Shown: positions 1-11,220, counted from the stretch's first letter. The stretch: DNA of 64,000 nucleotides from Candidatus Bathyarchaeota archaeon (GCA_963832745.1 CAWHVC010000003.1:576001-640000); one strand, 5' to 3'. The notes: generated from the letters alone by a model not told the origin. Translations and numbers: made by a program.

Positions 1-2
1 GT

Positions 3-872
3 GACACTTCAGAATCTGACATTCTTGAGTACCTTCTTTATGACGAAGAAACTCATGCTGTTCTCATTTACCTTGAAGACATTAAATCTGGTAAAGAATT
101 CCTTGAGGTTGCCAAAAAAGTTTCACTTAAAAAACCAATCGTTGTAATTAAATCAGGCAAATCTGAGGCAGGTGCACGTGCAGCAGCTTCTCACACTGGC
201 GCAATTGCTGGTGCAGACAAAATCTACGATGCTGCATTTGAAAAGACTGGTGTTATTCGTGCTAAGAACATGAATGAATTTTTTGACATCGGTAAGGCTC
301 TTTCAAGCATGAAACCATCCGTTGGTTCAAACATTGGTATTTTAACTGACGCAGGCGGACCAGGTGTCATGTGTGTTGACGAATGTGAAATCGTCGGCTT
401 AACTGTTAACAAATTTAGTGACGCAACTATTCAAAAGTTTGAGGAACTCAAAGAAAACGGCAGCATCTTAAAAATTTCAGCAACTCACAATCCAGTTGAC
501 TTAACCGGTAGCGTTACCGATGACCAATTCATCGTTGCAGCAGACCTCATGTTCCAAGAGCCATCCCTTTGCGGCATCATTTTCCTTGGCCTTCACCACA
601 TGCCAGGCTTGCAAGAGAAATACATTACAGGCGTTGCAGAAATCGCAGCTAAATATGACAAACCAATTGTTGCATGTGACATTGGCGAAACTGAAATGGC
701 GCTTTACACAAGAAGTCACTTTGACCGTTTAGGCTTGCCCTCGTACTCTTCACCAGAAGATGCAGCCCACGCAATGAAAGCTTTGCTTCAATACGGCACT
801 TTCCTGAAAAAGAATGGCGCTCTTGAAGCTTACATTGCAGAATACAATAAACGTAAAGCAGAAAAACAGTAA
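3..872 (+). CDS. acdA: Acetate/acyl-CoA ligase (ADP-forming) alpha subunit, 5'-truncated by the window edge
   Basis: Frame is open from base 3: YLEDIKSG...KPIVVIKSGKSEAGARAAASHTGAIAG (phospho-His motif), followed by TDAGGPGV and NPVDLTG motifs. Confidence 0.9.
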   Translation, partial: DTSESDILEYLLYDEETHAVLIYLEDIKSGKEFLEVAKKVSLKKPIVVIKSGKSEAGARAAASHTGAIAGADKIYDAAFEKTGVIRAKNMNEFFDIGKALSSMKPSVGSNIGILTDAGGPGVMCVDECEIVGLTVNKFSDATIQKFEELKENGSILKISATHNPVDLTGSVTDDQFIVAADLMFQEPSLCGIIFLGLHHMPGLQEKYITGVAEIAAKYDKPIVACDIGETEMALYTRSHFDRLGLPSYSSPEDAAHAMKALLQYGTFLKKNGALEAYIAEYNKRKAEKQ

Positions 873-932
873 CTAAAAGTTACTGCTTCCACTCTTTAAT
901 TTCATTTTTTTGTTTCTTTAAAAAATTGTTTG

Positions 933-1319
933 TTAAATGTTTACTGTAACTGTTATGGTGTCCTCATCTTTGATGTTGAAGCGGTTTCTTAGGTTGTCGG
1001 GTGCTATGATTTCGAGTAGGTTTTTTGGGTAAGTTGGCACGTCGGGTACTACCACGTAGCAGTCTTGGTTGAAGATTTTTGCTTTGTAAAGGTAGCCGGG
1101 TAGGTAGCCATCTTGGGGTTTGACTAATTTTCCGTTCTGCGATGTAAGGTGGCAGCGTTGCTCTGTGCTTTTTGCGGTTAACCGCAGGTTCAAGGTGCCA
1201 AGGTACGGTGTGAAACCTGTAATTTCCTGTAGTTGCTGCATTACCCATGGCATTTCAACAAAAAATTTGCCGCATCCTTGTCCCGAGTAGGCGGTGCCAA
1301 TGAACTCTATTTTTTGCAA
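933..1319 (-). CDS. ribK: CTP-dependent riboflavin kinase
   Basis: SGQGCGKFF, GFTPYLGTLN and LEIIAPDNLR motifs. Confidence 0.85.
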   Translation of the reverse strand: MQKIEFIGTAYSGQGCGKFFVEMPWVMQQLQEITGFTPYLGTLNLRLTAKSTEQRCHLTSQNGKLVKPQDGYLPGYLYKAKIFNQDCYVVVPDVPTYPKNLLEIIAPDNLRNRFNIKDEDTITVTVNI

Positions 1320-1345
1320 AAATTTTGCCTCAAAAAAGGGTGTGT

Positions 1346-1714
1346 TTATGGTTGTTGTTTTAGCCAGTCTGCGACGTCTTTGAGAACTGGGTCGGAAGAA
1401 ATGTCCACGACGGGTACAATCATCCTTTCTTTGGTCTCAATTACCGGCGCAAACTTGGGCATAAAAGCGTAACCTAAATACGTCCAATATACCTTGCGTT
1501 TTTCGAGTAGTTCCTTGGCGACTGCGGTTGTGGAGGCTGGAAGCGGGAAATACAGAAACACGACGCCGTCAACCCAGTACAAGCCAGCCATTTTGCCTCC
1601 TGCAATAACGGAAGTAAAACGTGCAAGTTCATCGGGACTACTGAAATGGTTCTTCTCCATTACAGCAATTTCTTGAAAAGGCTCATACGAAACCGTAACT
1701 TGAGGTTTGCTCAT
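1346..1714 (-). CDS. Conserved archaeal hypothetical protein
   Basis: ORF with plausible codon usage; start placed at MSKPQ; LYWVDGVVF motif. Confidence 0.7.
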   Translation of the reverse strand: MSKPQVTVSYEPFQEIAVMEKNHFSSPDELARFTSVIAGGKMAGLYWVDGVVFLYFPLPASTTAVAKELLEKRKVYWTYLGYAFMPKFAPVIETKERMIVPVVDISSDPVLKDVADWLKQQP

Positions 1715-1981
1715 GAATAATACCAACCTAACTAGGTAACAAAGAAGCAAACGCTCCCCTTTTAATATTACCATGTCAATTGCAGCTTCGATTTGTGTGC
1801 CTTAAAATTGTGGTGCAAGTGTTCTAAAGTATAGATATTTATCAAATTGATGGCGATAATTGTAACGTTATGATAAAAGTACTTGCTGTTACTTTAAATA
1901 TTTATGACAATTAAGAAAAAATCTGGTAGTTTACCATAATAACTCTGAGCTCTTTGCCTAAAAACTGAGGTTACACTGAAG

Positions 1982-2614
1982 TTGGAAAATCAAGTAAAAC
2001 CAGTCATCCTGATGCTGTTTTGTTTAGCATTGCTTATCTTGGCTCTAAGCGTCTTTACTTTACAACCAAACAAAGCTCCAGTACCTGATCAATTAGAAAA
2101 CAATATTGGCGATGAACATTTAATGATTTGGACTCTTGGAACAAACGACTTTATAGAATCATTACAGACCAACCCACAAGCTGAAGGAACACCTGTAACC
2201 AGCTTATCAATAGAAGATTTTAATTCAAATTCTGAAATGCGTTCAATGGTTCTTAATAAATCGTCAATCATTATCTTTGACAGCATCTGGCTAAACCAAA
2301 ACGACAACCAATCAACATATGACTTTGTAAATGCATCTGCAAGTGAAATTGGTTCATTTTTCGCTGTTGGTGGTTCAAATGCGAAACTTTATGAAATATT
2401 AGAAAAAGCTGATGTTTACACAATGGGCAGAGATGACAATGGAATCCCTCGAAATCCTGCTAGCCATAGTATGCCTATTATTGGTTTTCGACTACAATTA
2501 GTTAGAGACATTGACGGATCACAACACTATGCAAATTGTCATTACAGCAACGGCAACTTAAATGGGCCCGATTTACTCGAAACTATAGTTGAGTTTCTAA
2601 ACCATCATGGGTAG
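1982..2614 (+). CDS. Hypothetical protein with N-terminal signal/membrane anchor
   Basis: 210-aa ORF with hydrophobic N-terminus, in an AT-rich region. Confidence 0.65.
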   Translation: MENQVKPVILMLFCLALLILALSVFTLQPNKAPVPDQLENNIGDEHLMIWTLGTNDFIESLQTNPQAEGTPVTSLSIEDFNSNSEMRSMVLNKSSIIIFDSIWLNQNDNQSTYDFVNASASEIGSFFAVGGSNAKLYEILEKADVYTMGRDDNGIPRNPASHSMPIIGFRLQLVRDIDGSQHYANCHYSNGNLNGPDLLETIVEFLNHHG

Positions 2615-2777
2615 ATAAAACTAAATCAAAACTCGCAAAATCCAGTTGTTTGTTTTATGTCTAAATGTGTTTCTTGATAACAATTAGGTTTAATTCAATT
2701 ATTTCATTTTTTTATGACTCTAAGAAATTGCCATTACAAAATGCTTTAGCGTTCTCTTCTAATTTTTACTGCCTCTT

Positions 2778-2950
2778 CACACCTTGAAAGCTTGGACAAC
2801 TCCTGCCCGAAGAGGGTTCGCTACAAGCTGCAATAGGCACCACACATCGACTACTTCGTAGGATACGAAAGAGGAAAAAGAACAAACAACCTAACGTATC
2901 TGCATAAACACATAATTGAACAATTTTTCTTTTATCGAAAAGAGCCTTAA
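2778..2950 (+). pseudogene. Degenerate C-terminal fragment of a tyrosine recombinase/integrase
   Basis: RRGFAT (box II-like), then after a frameshift HIDYFVGYERGKRTNNLTYLHK (box III-like plus candidate catalytic Tyr). Confidence 0.4.
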
Positions 2951-3029
2951 GGCAAGGGCTATCGTTCAGTTTTTAGGATAATTCGTAAGAGCTAATATTT
3001 ACTTTCGTTAATACGAATTGGTTCTATTG

Positions 3030-4248
3030 TCAGTTGATCGATATTTCTGTAATAGGTTGAATAATCCCAAGTCCTTTGCTAGTTATGGTAATGGATTGGT
3101 TTCCATCATTAACAAAAACCCAATAATACGGCTCAGATTTTGCAAATTCTCCAATATAATCAGGGCTTCCTAAATGTAAAATTACTGTCCCATTGGAATT
3201 TGTGATAAAGTTACGATCAGTAGCAGGCAGAGTTTGAAGAATGCCCCCCGATTTCATTTCAAAAATATGTTTGAGTTGAACGTTGGCTCCACAGACAGGC
3301 TCCCCATTTCGAGTAACTTTGATTGTTATTAAATCTGTTTTATTTGTGTAGTCTTGTATGAGCTCGATAAAAGAATTATCTGTTATTGTGCAGACATAGG
3401 TGAGTGAACCTATGCTATTTATTCGATTCTGTAACATTTCGTTTCTAGAAATTACCGTAGCACCGTCACCCACCATCCACACTCCATCGATTAAAACTTC
3501 GGTAAACTCGTGATTTTCCCCAGAAACTATAACCTCTCTTGACTCAAAACCCGCATCAATCAAGAGTTGCTTTTTTGTCATTGCCATCTCTCCACATTTC
3601 CCTACCCCAGTAAGCATAAATTTCCAATAATCGTTGTTTGCTCTGAAGTAAGAACCAAAACAACTCATGTATTCAACACTTTTACAGATATAAGATGCCC
3701 TTTCCGAACTGTTGCTAATCGATGCCGTGTTATCTATTATTGTATTAGTTGCTAATGCCACAGTTATGTTGGGTAGAATAAGGACAAATATTAGTGCCGA
3801 AACTGCAAGCCACTTGTATTCTATTAGTTTACTTGTAAAATTTAGCTTTCCGTAAATAAAAAGCATTAACGGGATAGGTGCCCAAAAGATATAGTATTCA
3901 GGGAATACGTAAAGGTGGGGAAATTTTACAGCTATAATAGTAAGGCTCACATAGAAAAACAAAATAATGGCAAAGCAAATCAGAAGATATGCTCTAAAAA
4001 TTCCTGTTTTGTGTTTATCTACAAAATCAATAATATAAAAAAGTGAAATAATTGGGAGAACAAGAAAGACAACAACATAAGATATTAAACTTAAAACTCT
4101 GTAGGTTGTGTCAATAGTGATTATTGTTCCTTAACCAGATTGAGGCTGAAAGGATAACTGAGAAAACAATGAATAATGTAAATACAATTTTTGGAGTTAA
4201 TTCTGTAAGAAGTCTCCCAAAATTATCCATTTTTTCCTTTAACTTCAT
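3030..4248 (-). CDS. Membrane-anchored transglutaminase-like domain protein (one +1 frameshift near 4132)
   Basis: GVGKCGE...NHEFTEV...W..GD Cys-His-Asp triad. Removing one A from TGG TTA A GGA ACA joins an upstream ATG (MKLKEKMDNFG...) and further TM helices to the ORF. Confidence 0.75.
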
Positions 4249-4454
4249 TTTGTTAATCTTTTCAGCGGGACCTCAAAAAGTTTGCGTCTGAAACAATGTT
4301 ATCCTAATAAGTAAGCAATAAATCAGTATGGCAATTTAGTCATCTTCAAAATACATTTTTGGGTTATTATTTTCCTATTGTTTTAGAAAGGTTTGTAGCT
4401 GCTTTTGTATCTGGTAGATGTGTCGCTTAAAATTATGGATTAGGCTGGTTTGAA

Positions 4455-4643
4455 TCATGCTATTTTTTCTATAGTTAGTTTTTTGTTTGTTGGGTCTATT
4501 TTGATTTTTATTTTTTCGTTTGGTTGGAATGGGAATGCTGAGTCTTTGGCGAGTTCTGTGGGTATGTAGATGAAGAGTTTGTCGTATTGTTTGCCGGCTG
4601 TTGTGGATGGTCTGTTTACTATTTTGCTTTCGGCTTCCAACAT
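4455..4643 (-). CDS. Small AbrB/MazE-like DNA-binding protein
   Basis: 62 aa with an FIYIPTEL...FPFQPNEKIKIKID swapped-hairpin pattern. Confidence 0.65.
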   Translation of the reverse strand: MLEAESKIVNRPSTTAGKQYDKLFIYIPTELAKDSAFPFQPNEKIKIKIDPTNKKLTIEKIA

Positions 4644-4691
4644 TTTTGTTCCCTAATTTGGTGACACAATACGAGCAGATTAGTATTTTTG

Positions 4692-4718
4692 TATGCAAAT
4701 TGCAAAACAAATTGCATA
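4692..4718. promoter_or_regulatory. Inverted repeat upstream of the AbrB-like gene (candidate operator)
   Basis: TATGCAAATTG-N5-CAAATTGCATA, 10 of 11 arm positions complementary. Confidence 0.45.
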
Positions 4719-4948
4719 ACAAAATTTAAAAAGCAACCCAACCTAAACACTACCGAGGCAAAAAAACATGACAAACCCAAACAACCCAACCAAAAAAGCA
4801 ATCCTCGTAATAGAGTTAGGTTACGAGTCCACCCAAGCATCAAACACCCAAATAGAAAAAGACATTCAAAAGGAAGCGCAGATTCCATGGTGTAGCAGGA
4901 TTCGCCGAATTGACGTTTACAGCAGCAAGTAGTCCCGTGGTGAAGCCC

Positions 4949-5074
4949 ATGGTTGCTTGTCCACGATGCGGCAAAAACGTAGCCAAATCCGTCCGAACGC
5001 TGGAAACGTTCATGTTTAAGATAGAAGATTACGAATGCGACGGCTGCGGGAAACGTTTCGAAGCAATCAGTTAA
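4949..5074 (+). CDS. 41-aa zinc-ribbon protein (CxxC...CxxC), possibly Cren7-like
   Basis: MVACPRCGKNVAKSVRTLETFMFKIEDYECDGCGKRFEAIS with a GGTGA SD upstream; below the ORF-track size cutoff. Confidence 0.7.
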   Translation: MVACPRCGKNVAKSVRTLETFMFKIEDYECDGCGKRFEAIS

Positions 5075-5083
5075 GTTAACCAG

Positions 5084-5195
5084 CCTATTTGGATCCTAAT
5101 ATCAAATCATTGCAGAAAAAGACAGAGGGGGTCAAAGAAAATCCTAAGGGGGGTAGGTGCTATTGACGCAAAAACAAGCCAAAAGTATGTTGAAA
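5084..5195 (+). repeat. Dispersed intergenic repeat, copy A
   Basis: CCTATTTGGATCCTAATA-N9-TGCAGAAA...GAAAATCCTAAGGGGGGTAGGTGCTATTGAC-N10-GCCAAAAGTATGTTGAAA; matches the copies near 14312 and 39251/42378. Confidence 0.75.
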
Positions 5196-5408
5196 TTCAG
5201 TGCTAATTTTTGCACTGTCCCTGTTTTTAATGTGTTTATTTTAAGGGCATTTTAACGCCAAAATTCTTTAAAGGGCACGCTAGGCTGCTGGTTTAGCCAT
5301 TGGAGCGTGAGAAATGCTTTAGCTTTGCCAAATGGGTCATGCTAGAACCCGAATGCATTGCGCTGTTCACTGCTTTCTATTTGCCTTTCACTAACCTATC
5401 AGAAACTT

Positions 5409-5453
5409 TATGCAGAAACCTGTAGAGGGTCTATCTTTCTGGGGATGGGTAGG
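5409..5453 (+). repeat. Partial copy D of the dispersed repeat
   Basis: TATGCAGAAACCTGTAGAGGG matches copy C TATGCAGAAACCTATAGGGGG at 19/21; GGGTAGG follows downstream. Confidence 0.5.
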
Positions 5454-5527
5454 CTCTTGCTGTCAGCAACCTTTTTTTTTAGCTTACCGCTAATCTTTCT
5501 GTATCTAACTTTTGGAGTGTTTTTAGC

Positions 5528-5704
5528 ATGGAGAATCATAAAGAGCATACGCTTGGAAGACCAACTTCTCAAGAAGAACCCGTAAAAGGTGTAGCACCAA
5601 ACAAGTTTCCCTGCCCCGTCTGCAACAAAACTTTCAACACCCAGTCAGAAATGGAAAGACACCGAGACACGGCACATCACGAAACAAAAGGCCACAACCA
5701 ATAA
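5528..5704 (+). CDS. 58-aa C2H2-type zinc-finger protein
   Basis: FPCPVCNKTFNTQSEMERHRDTAH fits F-x-C-x2-C-x3-F-x5-(L/M)-x2-H-x4-H; GGAGTG SD upstream. Confidence 0.8.
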   Translation: MENHKEHTLGRPTSQEEPVKGVAPNKFPCPVCNKTFNTQSEMERHRDTAHHETKGHNQ

Positions 5705-5860
5705 CCTCAACCCTATAATACTGCCTGAAAACTGTACGCTTGTCCACCGCATCACGGAAACAAAAATCCCAATGTCCTCCCAGTTTTACCCTCATAGGCG
5801 TGTAGCGCTCGCCTGCTTTTTAACAGAAAATTAATATGGCTTATCTCAATGACATTTTAA

Positions 5861-6889
<1,029 letters not shown>

Positions 6890-6956
6890 CTCGGGTCACG
6901 CAAGCAAACTTAAATAAAACCAATTTTTCTTTACCCCTAAACCATCTTGAGAGTGC

Positions 6957-8213
6957 GTGGGAAAAATGGTAAACTTCAAAACATTAGACGACTTTGACGT
7001 AAAAAACAAAACCGTGATTGTACGTGTAGACTTTAACTCAGAAGTTGACCCGCAAACCAAACAGGTCACAAACGACACACGTATACGCGCATACTCAGCA
7101 ACTCTTCAAGAACTCGCAGAAAAAGGCGCCAAAGTTGTCGTCCTCTCCCACCAAGGACGCAAAGGCGACCCCGACTACACCAGCCTAAAACAACACGCAG
7201 AAATCCTCCAACAAATCCTCAACTCACCCGTAAAATATGTTGACGACCTTTTCGGCGAAAAAGCCAAAAACGCAATCAAAAACCTCCAAAACGGAGAAAT
7301 CCTTGTTTTAGAAAACGTCCGCAGTTGGGCTGGAGAAACAAAAAAAGGCAGCCCCGAACAGCAAGCAAAAACTGAACTTGTCCAAAACCTTGCACCACTC
7401 GCCGACTTGTTTGTAAGCGACGCTTTCTCAGTTGCACACCGTGACAACGTCTCCATGGTCGGCTTCACCGCGGTTCTACCCAGCGCCGCCGGACGCATCA
7501 TGGAACGCGAACTAAAACATTTAAGCAAAACATTGGAAGACCCACATCACCCATGTGTTTACGTTATGGGCGGAGCAAAAGCTGATGACAGCTTAGAAAT
7601 CAGCAAATACATCCTAAAGAACAAAGTTGCCGACCACGTGCTACTGGGCGGAGTAACTTCTCAACTGTTTATGGCGGCTAAAGGTGTCGATTTAGGCAAA
7701 AAAACTATGGATTTTTTGGCAAAAAAAGAACTTCTCAAATTTATTCCAGGAATACAAACGCTTTTTGCAGAGTATCCAGACAAAATCTTGTTACCCGTCG
7801 ACGTAGCTTTAGATGTTGATGGCAAACGAAAAGAAATCTCAGCCAACCAGTTGCCTTCTGAATACCCAATTTTTGATATCGGCACAAAAACCGTCCAACA
7901 ATATGTAGCAATAATTGAAGAAGCGAAATCAATTGTGGTGAGTGGTCCACTTGGCGTTTACGAAAACAGCGAATTCTGCTACGGAACAAAAACCGTTTTT
8001 GAAGCAATCGCCAACAGTAATGCTTTTAGTCTTGCAGGCGGAGGAAACACGATTGCGGCAATTGACCAGTACGGTTTAACTGACAAAATTAGTTACATTA
8101 GCACTGCGGGTGGAGCGTTAGTTGAGTTTTTGATGGGTAAAAAGTTGCCGGGTGTGGTAGCGTTGGAGAAGGCCGTCAAAACAAAAAGGGTTGCAATACC
8201 CGCAACCGTATAA
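6957..8213 (+). CDS. pgk: Phosphoglycerate kinase
   Basis: VRVDFN, LSHQGR, LENVR and ISTAGGA motifs; directly downstream of gap. Confidence 0.95.
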   Translation: MGKMVNFKTLDDFDVKNKTVIVRVDFNSEVDPQTKQVTNDTRIRAYSATLQELAEKGAKVVVLSHQGRKGDPDYTSLKQHAEILQQILNSPVKYVDDLFGEKAKNAIKNLQNGEILVLENVRSWAGETKKGSPEQQAKTELVQNLAPLADLFVSDAFSVAHRDNVSMVGFTAVLPSAAGRIMERELKHLSKTLEDPHHPCVYVMGGAKADDSLEISKYILKNKVADHVLLGGVTSQLFMAAKGVDLGKKTMDFLAKKELLKFIPGIQTLFAEYPDKILLPVDVALDVDGKRKEISANQLPSEYPIFDIGTKTVQQYVAIIEEAKSIVVSGPLGVYENSEFCYGTKTVFEAIANSNAFSLAGGGNTIAAIDQYGLTDKISYISTAGGALVEFLMGKKLPGVVALEKAVKTKRVAIPATV

Positions 8214-8231
8214 AAAACCTTTAAAAAAAGG

Positions 8232-8708
8232 TTAATATTTTTTGCGCATTTTCTCGTTTCTACGGGCTCTGTACAGTGCGTAGCCAAATGAGACAATTAT
8301 TGATACGACGACCGCGACGATAATAATTACTACAAATGTTAAGGGGAATCCCACAAAGTTTGCCTGCCTCTCTGAAGTCGCTGATTCGCCCTGAGCGTTA
8401 TAGGCTGTCACTTTAATTGTGTGTGTACCTTCAGTATAGTTACCTGTATTGAAGTTCCAGCTAAAAGGTGCACTTGTAGCGTTGAGTTGCAGTTGGTCAT
8501 CGAGATAAAACTCAACATACCGCACGTCGGAAGAGACTTCTGTATTGATGGTCCATTCACCGTTCATGTCTTCTCCCATGCCGTAACCATTGTCCTTGTA
8601 AAAATTCAGGGTTAAAGTGGGTTTAGCTTCAGCGTTAAGACAGATTGCAGTTAATGATGCCGCTAAAACTAAAACAAGTAAGCAGGCAAACGCATTAGTG
8701 TGTTTCAT
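8232..8708 (-). CDS. Membrane-anchored Ig-like domain protein
   Basis: Signal peptide, VEFYLD...PFSWNFNT...GTHTIKVTAY Ig-like pattern, C-terminal TM helix plus basic tail. Confidence 0.8.
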   Translation of the reverse strand: MKHTNAFACLLVLVLAASLTAICLNAEAKPTLTLNFYKDNGYGMGEDMNGEWTINTEVSSDVRYVEFYLDDQLQLNATSAPFSWNFNTGNYTEGTHTIKVTAYNAQGESATSERQANFVGFPLTFVVIIIVAVVVSIIVSFGYALYRARRNEKMRKKY

Positions 8709-8730
8709 TTTAATTTCTCCTATTTTTTTA

Positions 8731-9981
8731 TTATTTCTTGGAAGGTGTCCTTAAATCTTTGGCAATTATGTCTCTTTTTTCAGGATGCCTTTTTTTGCTT
8801 ATTAGAAAAATTATGCTCGAAACGGCCAGCATTATGCTCAGAGAAAAGAACAGTCCCACGTATTGTAGGCTGGTTGCGAAGATTACTCCGCTGACAATTG
8901 GACCCAGCGTTTGACCGATATCCATCATTGTCGATAGGAACCCCATGGATGCTCCCACTAAACTTGCTGGCACTATCTCGCTAATTAATGGAGAAGTTGA
9001 TGATAAAACTGCTGCAAAGGCGACGCCGTAAGCAATGATCAGTATCAGCATTACTGAAAAAGATGTTGTGAAAGGTACTGCAGCAATGATTAGGCAGCTT
9101 GCAATTATTCCTGTTACGATGGGTTTGGTTCGGCCTATCTTGTCTGAGACTCTTCCGATTAAGGGGCGTGCAATTACTAAAGCAATAATTTGGCTACCCG
9201 TAACGATGCCGATAGAGAAAAGGTCTAAGCCTGCAACATCCTGCAAGTAACCTACTAAGAAGAATTCGACTGCGCCAAAAACGTAGTATTGCGCTGCCTG
9301 AACAAAACTAACGCCAAGAACGCCTGTGTTTCTGATAAGTTCAAGCCAACCGCTGAACATTTTTCGGGCAGGTTTATTTTCACGTGTTGTAGCTTGTGGA
9401 ATATTTTTTCTCTCGGCAAGGAAAAACAGGGCAATAACAAAAGCGGTAACACCTGCAATGCCAACGGCGGTGTATAGTGTAAAGAAACTGTTGTCTGTAG
9501 CGAAAAGGATGTAGCCTCCCAGAAACGGCGCTAAAGCTCTGCCTACAGCGGTTGCGGAGTTGAAGAGTGAGATACGTTCTCCACGTTTGGTTGGGTATAA
9601 TTCCGCTATTGAGGCCTCAGCTACTGGTACAAAGATTGCAGTGGCGAAGCCGTGGTAAAAACGTACAAGCGCAAGCATCCACCATTCGGTTACGCCTAAG
9701 TACAGAAATGGTGCAGAGGCGAAAACGAAAGCGGCAAAAAGCAGGACTTTGCGTCTTCCAAAAATGTCTGAGAGTGAAGCTGCTGGAAGACTAATTAGGA
9801 TGCCTGGGATGGTTGAGGCTGAAGCCACTATTCCCAGAAGATCCGCTGGTGTGTCAAGGCTTGTTGCAAATGGTTTAAGGACAGGATTCTTTGACATTGT
9901 AGAGCTTAGAATTGCAAATAAGCCCATTATGCAAATTATGACAAAGAAAGCTTTTATCTTCCAGTTAGCCTTAAACACCAT
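8731..9981 (-). CDS. MFS transporter
   Basis: About 12 TM helices; motif A in both halves (SLSDIFGRR, GRVSDKIGR). Confidence 0.92.
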   Translation of the reverse strand: MVFKANWKIKAFFVIICIMGLFAILSSTMSKNPVLKPFATSLDTPADLLGIVASASTIPGILISLPAASLSDIFGRRKVLLFAAFVFASAPFLYLGVTEWWMLALVRFYHGFATAIFVPVAEASIAELYPTKRGERISLFNSATAVGRALAPFLGGYILFATDNSFFTLYTAVGIAGVTAFVIALFFLAERKNIPQATTRENKPARKMFSGWLELIRNTGVLGVSFVQAAQYYVFGAVEFFLVGYLQDVAGLDLFSIGIVTGSQIIALVIARPLIGRVSDKIGRTKPIVTGIIASCLIIAAVPFTTSFSVMLILIIAYGVAFAAVLSSTSPLISEIVPASLVGASMGFLSTMMDIGQTLGPIVSGVIFATSLQYVGLFFSLSIMLAVSSIIFLISKKRHPEKRDIIAKDLRTPSKK

Positions 9982-10067
9982 TTAACCTCTGCACGATAGT
10001 ATTTAGAGCGGAATATATTTTTTATCAACTAAAAGAACGTTCACATTGATGAAAAAATGAAAAGGAC

Positions 10068-10637
10068 TTATTGACTAGCTTTTTGTGCTAAGTCTTTTGT
10101 CCAGTTACGGATTTCTTCCCAATCCCGCAAGTCATAAACTCCCGGCGGTGACTCAGTGAAACCGTCTTTTTCAAGTTGCGGACGAATAGCGCCAAATGTT
10201 TTGCGGGTGAATATGTTCATCTTGTTAAAGTCTAAGACTCCGCCGAAAAAACCGATAGCAATTGGGTTTAAATTAAACTTGGCAATTTTGTCATCAATCT
10301 CGATTTTTCGGTCTTTGGCTAGCTCCTCCTGTTTGCCTTCTCGTTCAAGGACTGATTTCATTGAAGAAACAAACAGGGCAACCTTCTTTTGGGGCAGCTC
10401 ATTTTTGAAGCGTTTAACAAAATCTTCAATCTCGCCAGTCCATCTACCCAGTTGTAAGCCTGTTCCGATAACGATTAATTCGTATGAGTTTATGTCTTTG
10501 ATTTTTTCTTGTTTCGCGTTAACAACTTCGACCTCAAAGCCTTCGGTTTCTAGGATTTTGGCTACTTCTCCTGAAGTAGTGGTGGTTGCTCCGTATCTGG
10601 TGCCGTAAACAATTAAGGTCTTCAATTTTTGTACCAC
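10068..10637 (-). CDS. Flavodoxin-domain protein (HemG-like family)
   Basis: LIVYGTRYGAT FMN-binding loop and C-terminal DLRDWEEIRNW. Confidence 0.85.
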   Translation of the reverse strand: MVQKLKTLIVYGTRYGATTTTSGEVAKILETEGFEVEVVNAKQEKIKDINSYELIVIGTGLQLGRWTGEIEDFVKRFKNELPQKKVALFVSSMKSVLEREGKQEELAKDRKIEIDDKIAKFNLNPIAIGFFGGVLDFNKMNIFTRKTFGAIRPQLEKDGFTESPPGVYDLRDWEEIRNWTKDLAQKASQ

Positions 10638-10751
10638 AAACTAGGTTAACTGTTTAGCGTTATAAGACTGTTGACTCCAAAATTTTTTCAAGGGCTAAAT
10701 CAGAAATAGTTTAAAGTATTCGTTAACAAATTAAGCAAGCTTATCGAAAAA

Positions 10752-11129
10752 ATGCAATGTGGGAGAAATAAAAACGTGAATAACGCAAAAAGAAGTGCCA
10801 TCGATAACAAAGTCTTAGATGGTTTAGCTTGGGGTTGTTTCTTAATTCTTTTGGGTCTCATCTGGTTCGCGTCAACACTTTACCCTATTGATACAGGCGC
10901 GTACGTTGCAATCGGTATAGGTATAATACTGGTTGTAGTTAACCTGACACGGCTTGCAATAGGTATTAAGGTGAGCAAGTTTAGTCTTTTTATTGGTGTT
11001 CTTGCTTTCGCCTTAGGCACTGCAGGATTAATCGGTTACTCACTACACTTGGTGCCAACGATAATTATTCTAATTGGTCTCTTCATTGTTGCTGAAGGAT
11101 TACAACGGGCAACAAGAAACCGTCAATAA
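10752..11129 (+). CDS. Four-TM membrane protein
   Basis: Hydrophobic ORF; start uncertain (possibly GTG at 10776). Confidence 0.7.
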   Translation: MQCGRNKNVNNAKRSAIDNKVLDGLAWGCFLILLGLIWFASTLYPIDTGAYVAIGIGIILVVVNLTRLAIGIKVSKFSLFIGVLAFALGTAGLIGYSLHLVPTIIILIGLFIVAEGLQRATRNRQ

Positions 11130-11220
11130 CCTTCTTTTATTTCAAAAAAGTAAGTACAGAAAACCCTTAGGGCTGGGTGCTATTCGCTGAATTTCAACCA
11201 AAAATGTGGTGGGAAAGGGT

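Noticed and set aside
4375-4895. Overlapping ORFs 4375-4722, 4619-4888 and 4689-4895
   Set aside because: Low-complexity translations produced by local A/C skew; no recognisable protein features.
4881-4945. tRNA-like start GATTCCATGGTGTAGC
   Set aside because: No T-arm (GTTCRA) or acceptor-stem complement at the expected distance.
5270-5360. Hairpins CACGCT/AGCGTG and GGGT/ACCC as an ncRNA
   Set aside because: No C/D, H/ACA, SRP or RNase P signature recognised; short stems alone are insufficient.
5100-5460. Replication origin call
   Set aside because: The G-string boxes only loosely resemble ORBs, are in direct orientation and have no adjacent cdc6/orc1; kept only as one hypothesis for the dispersed repeat.
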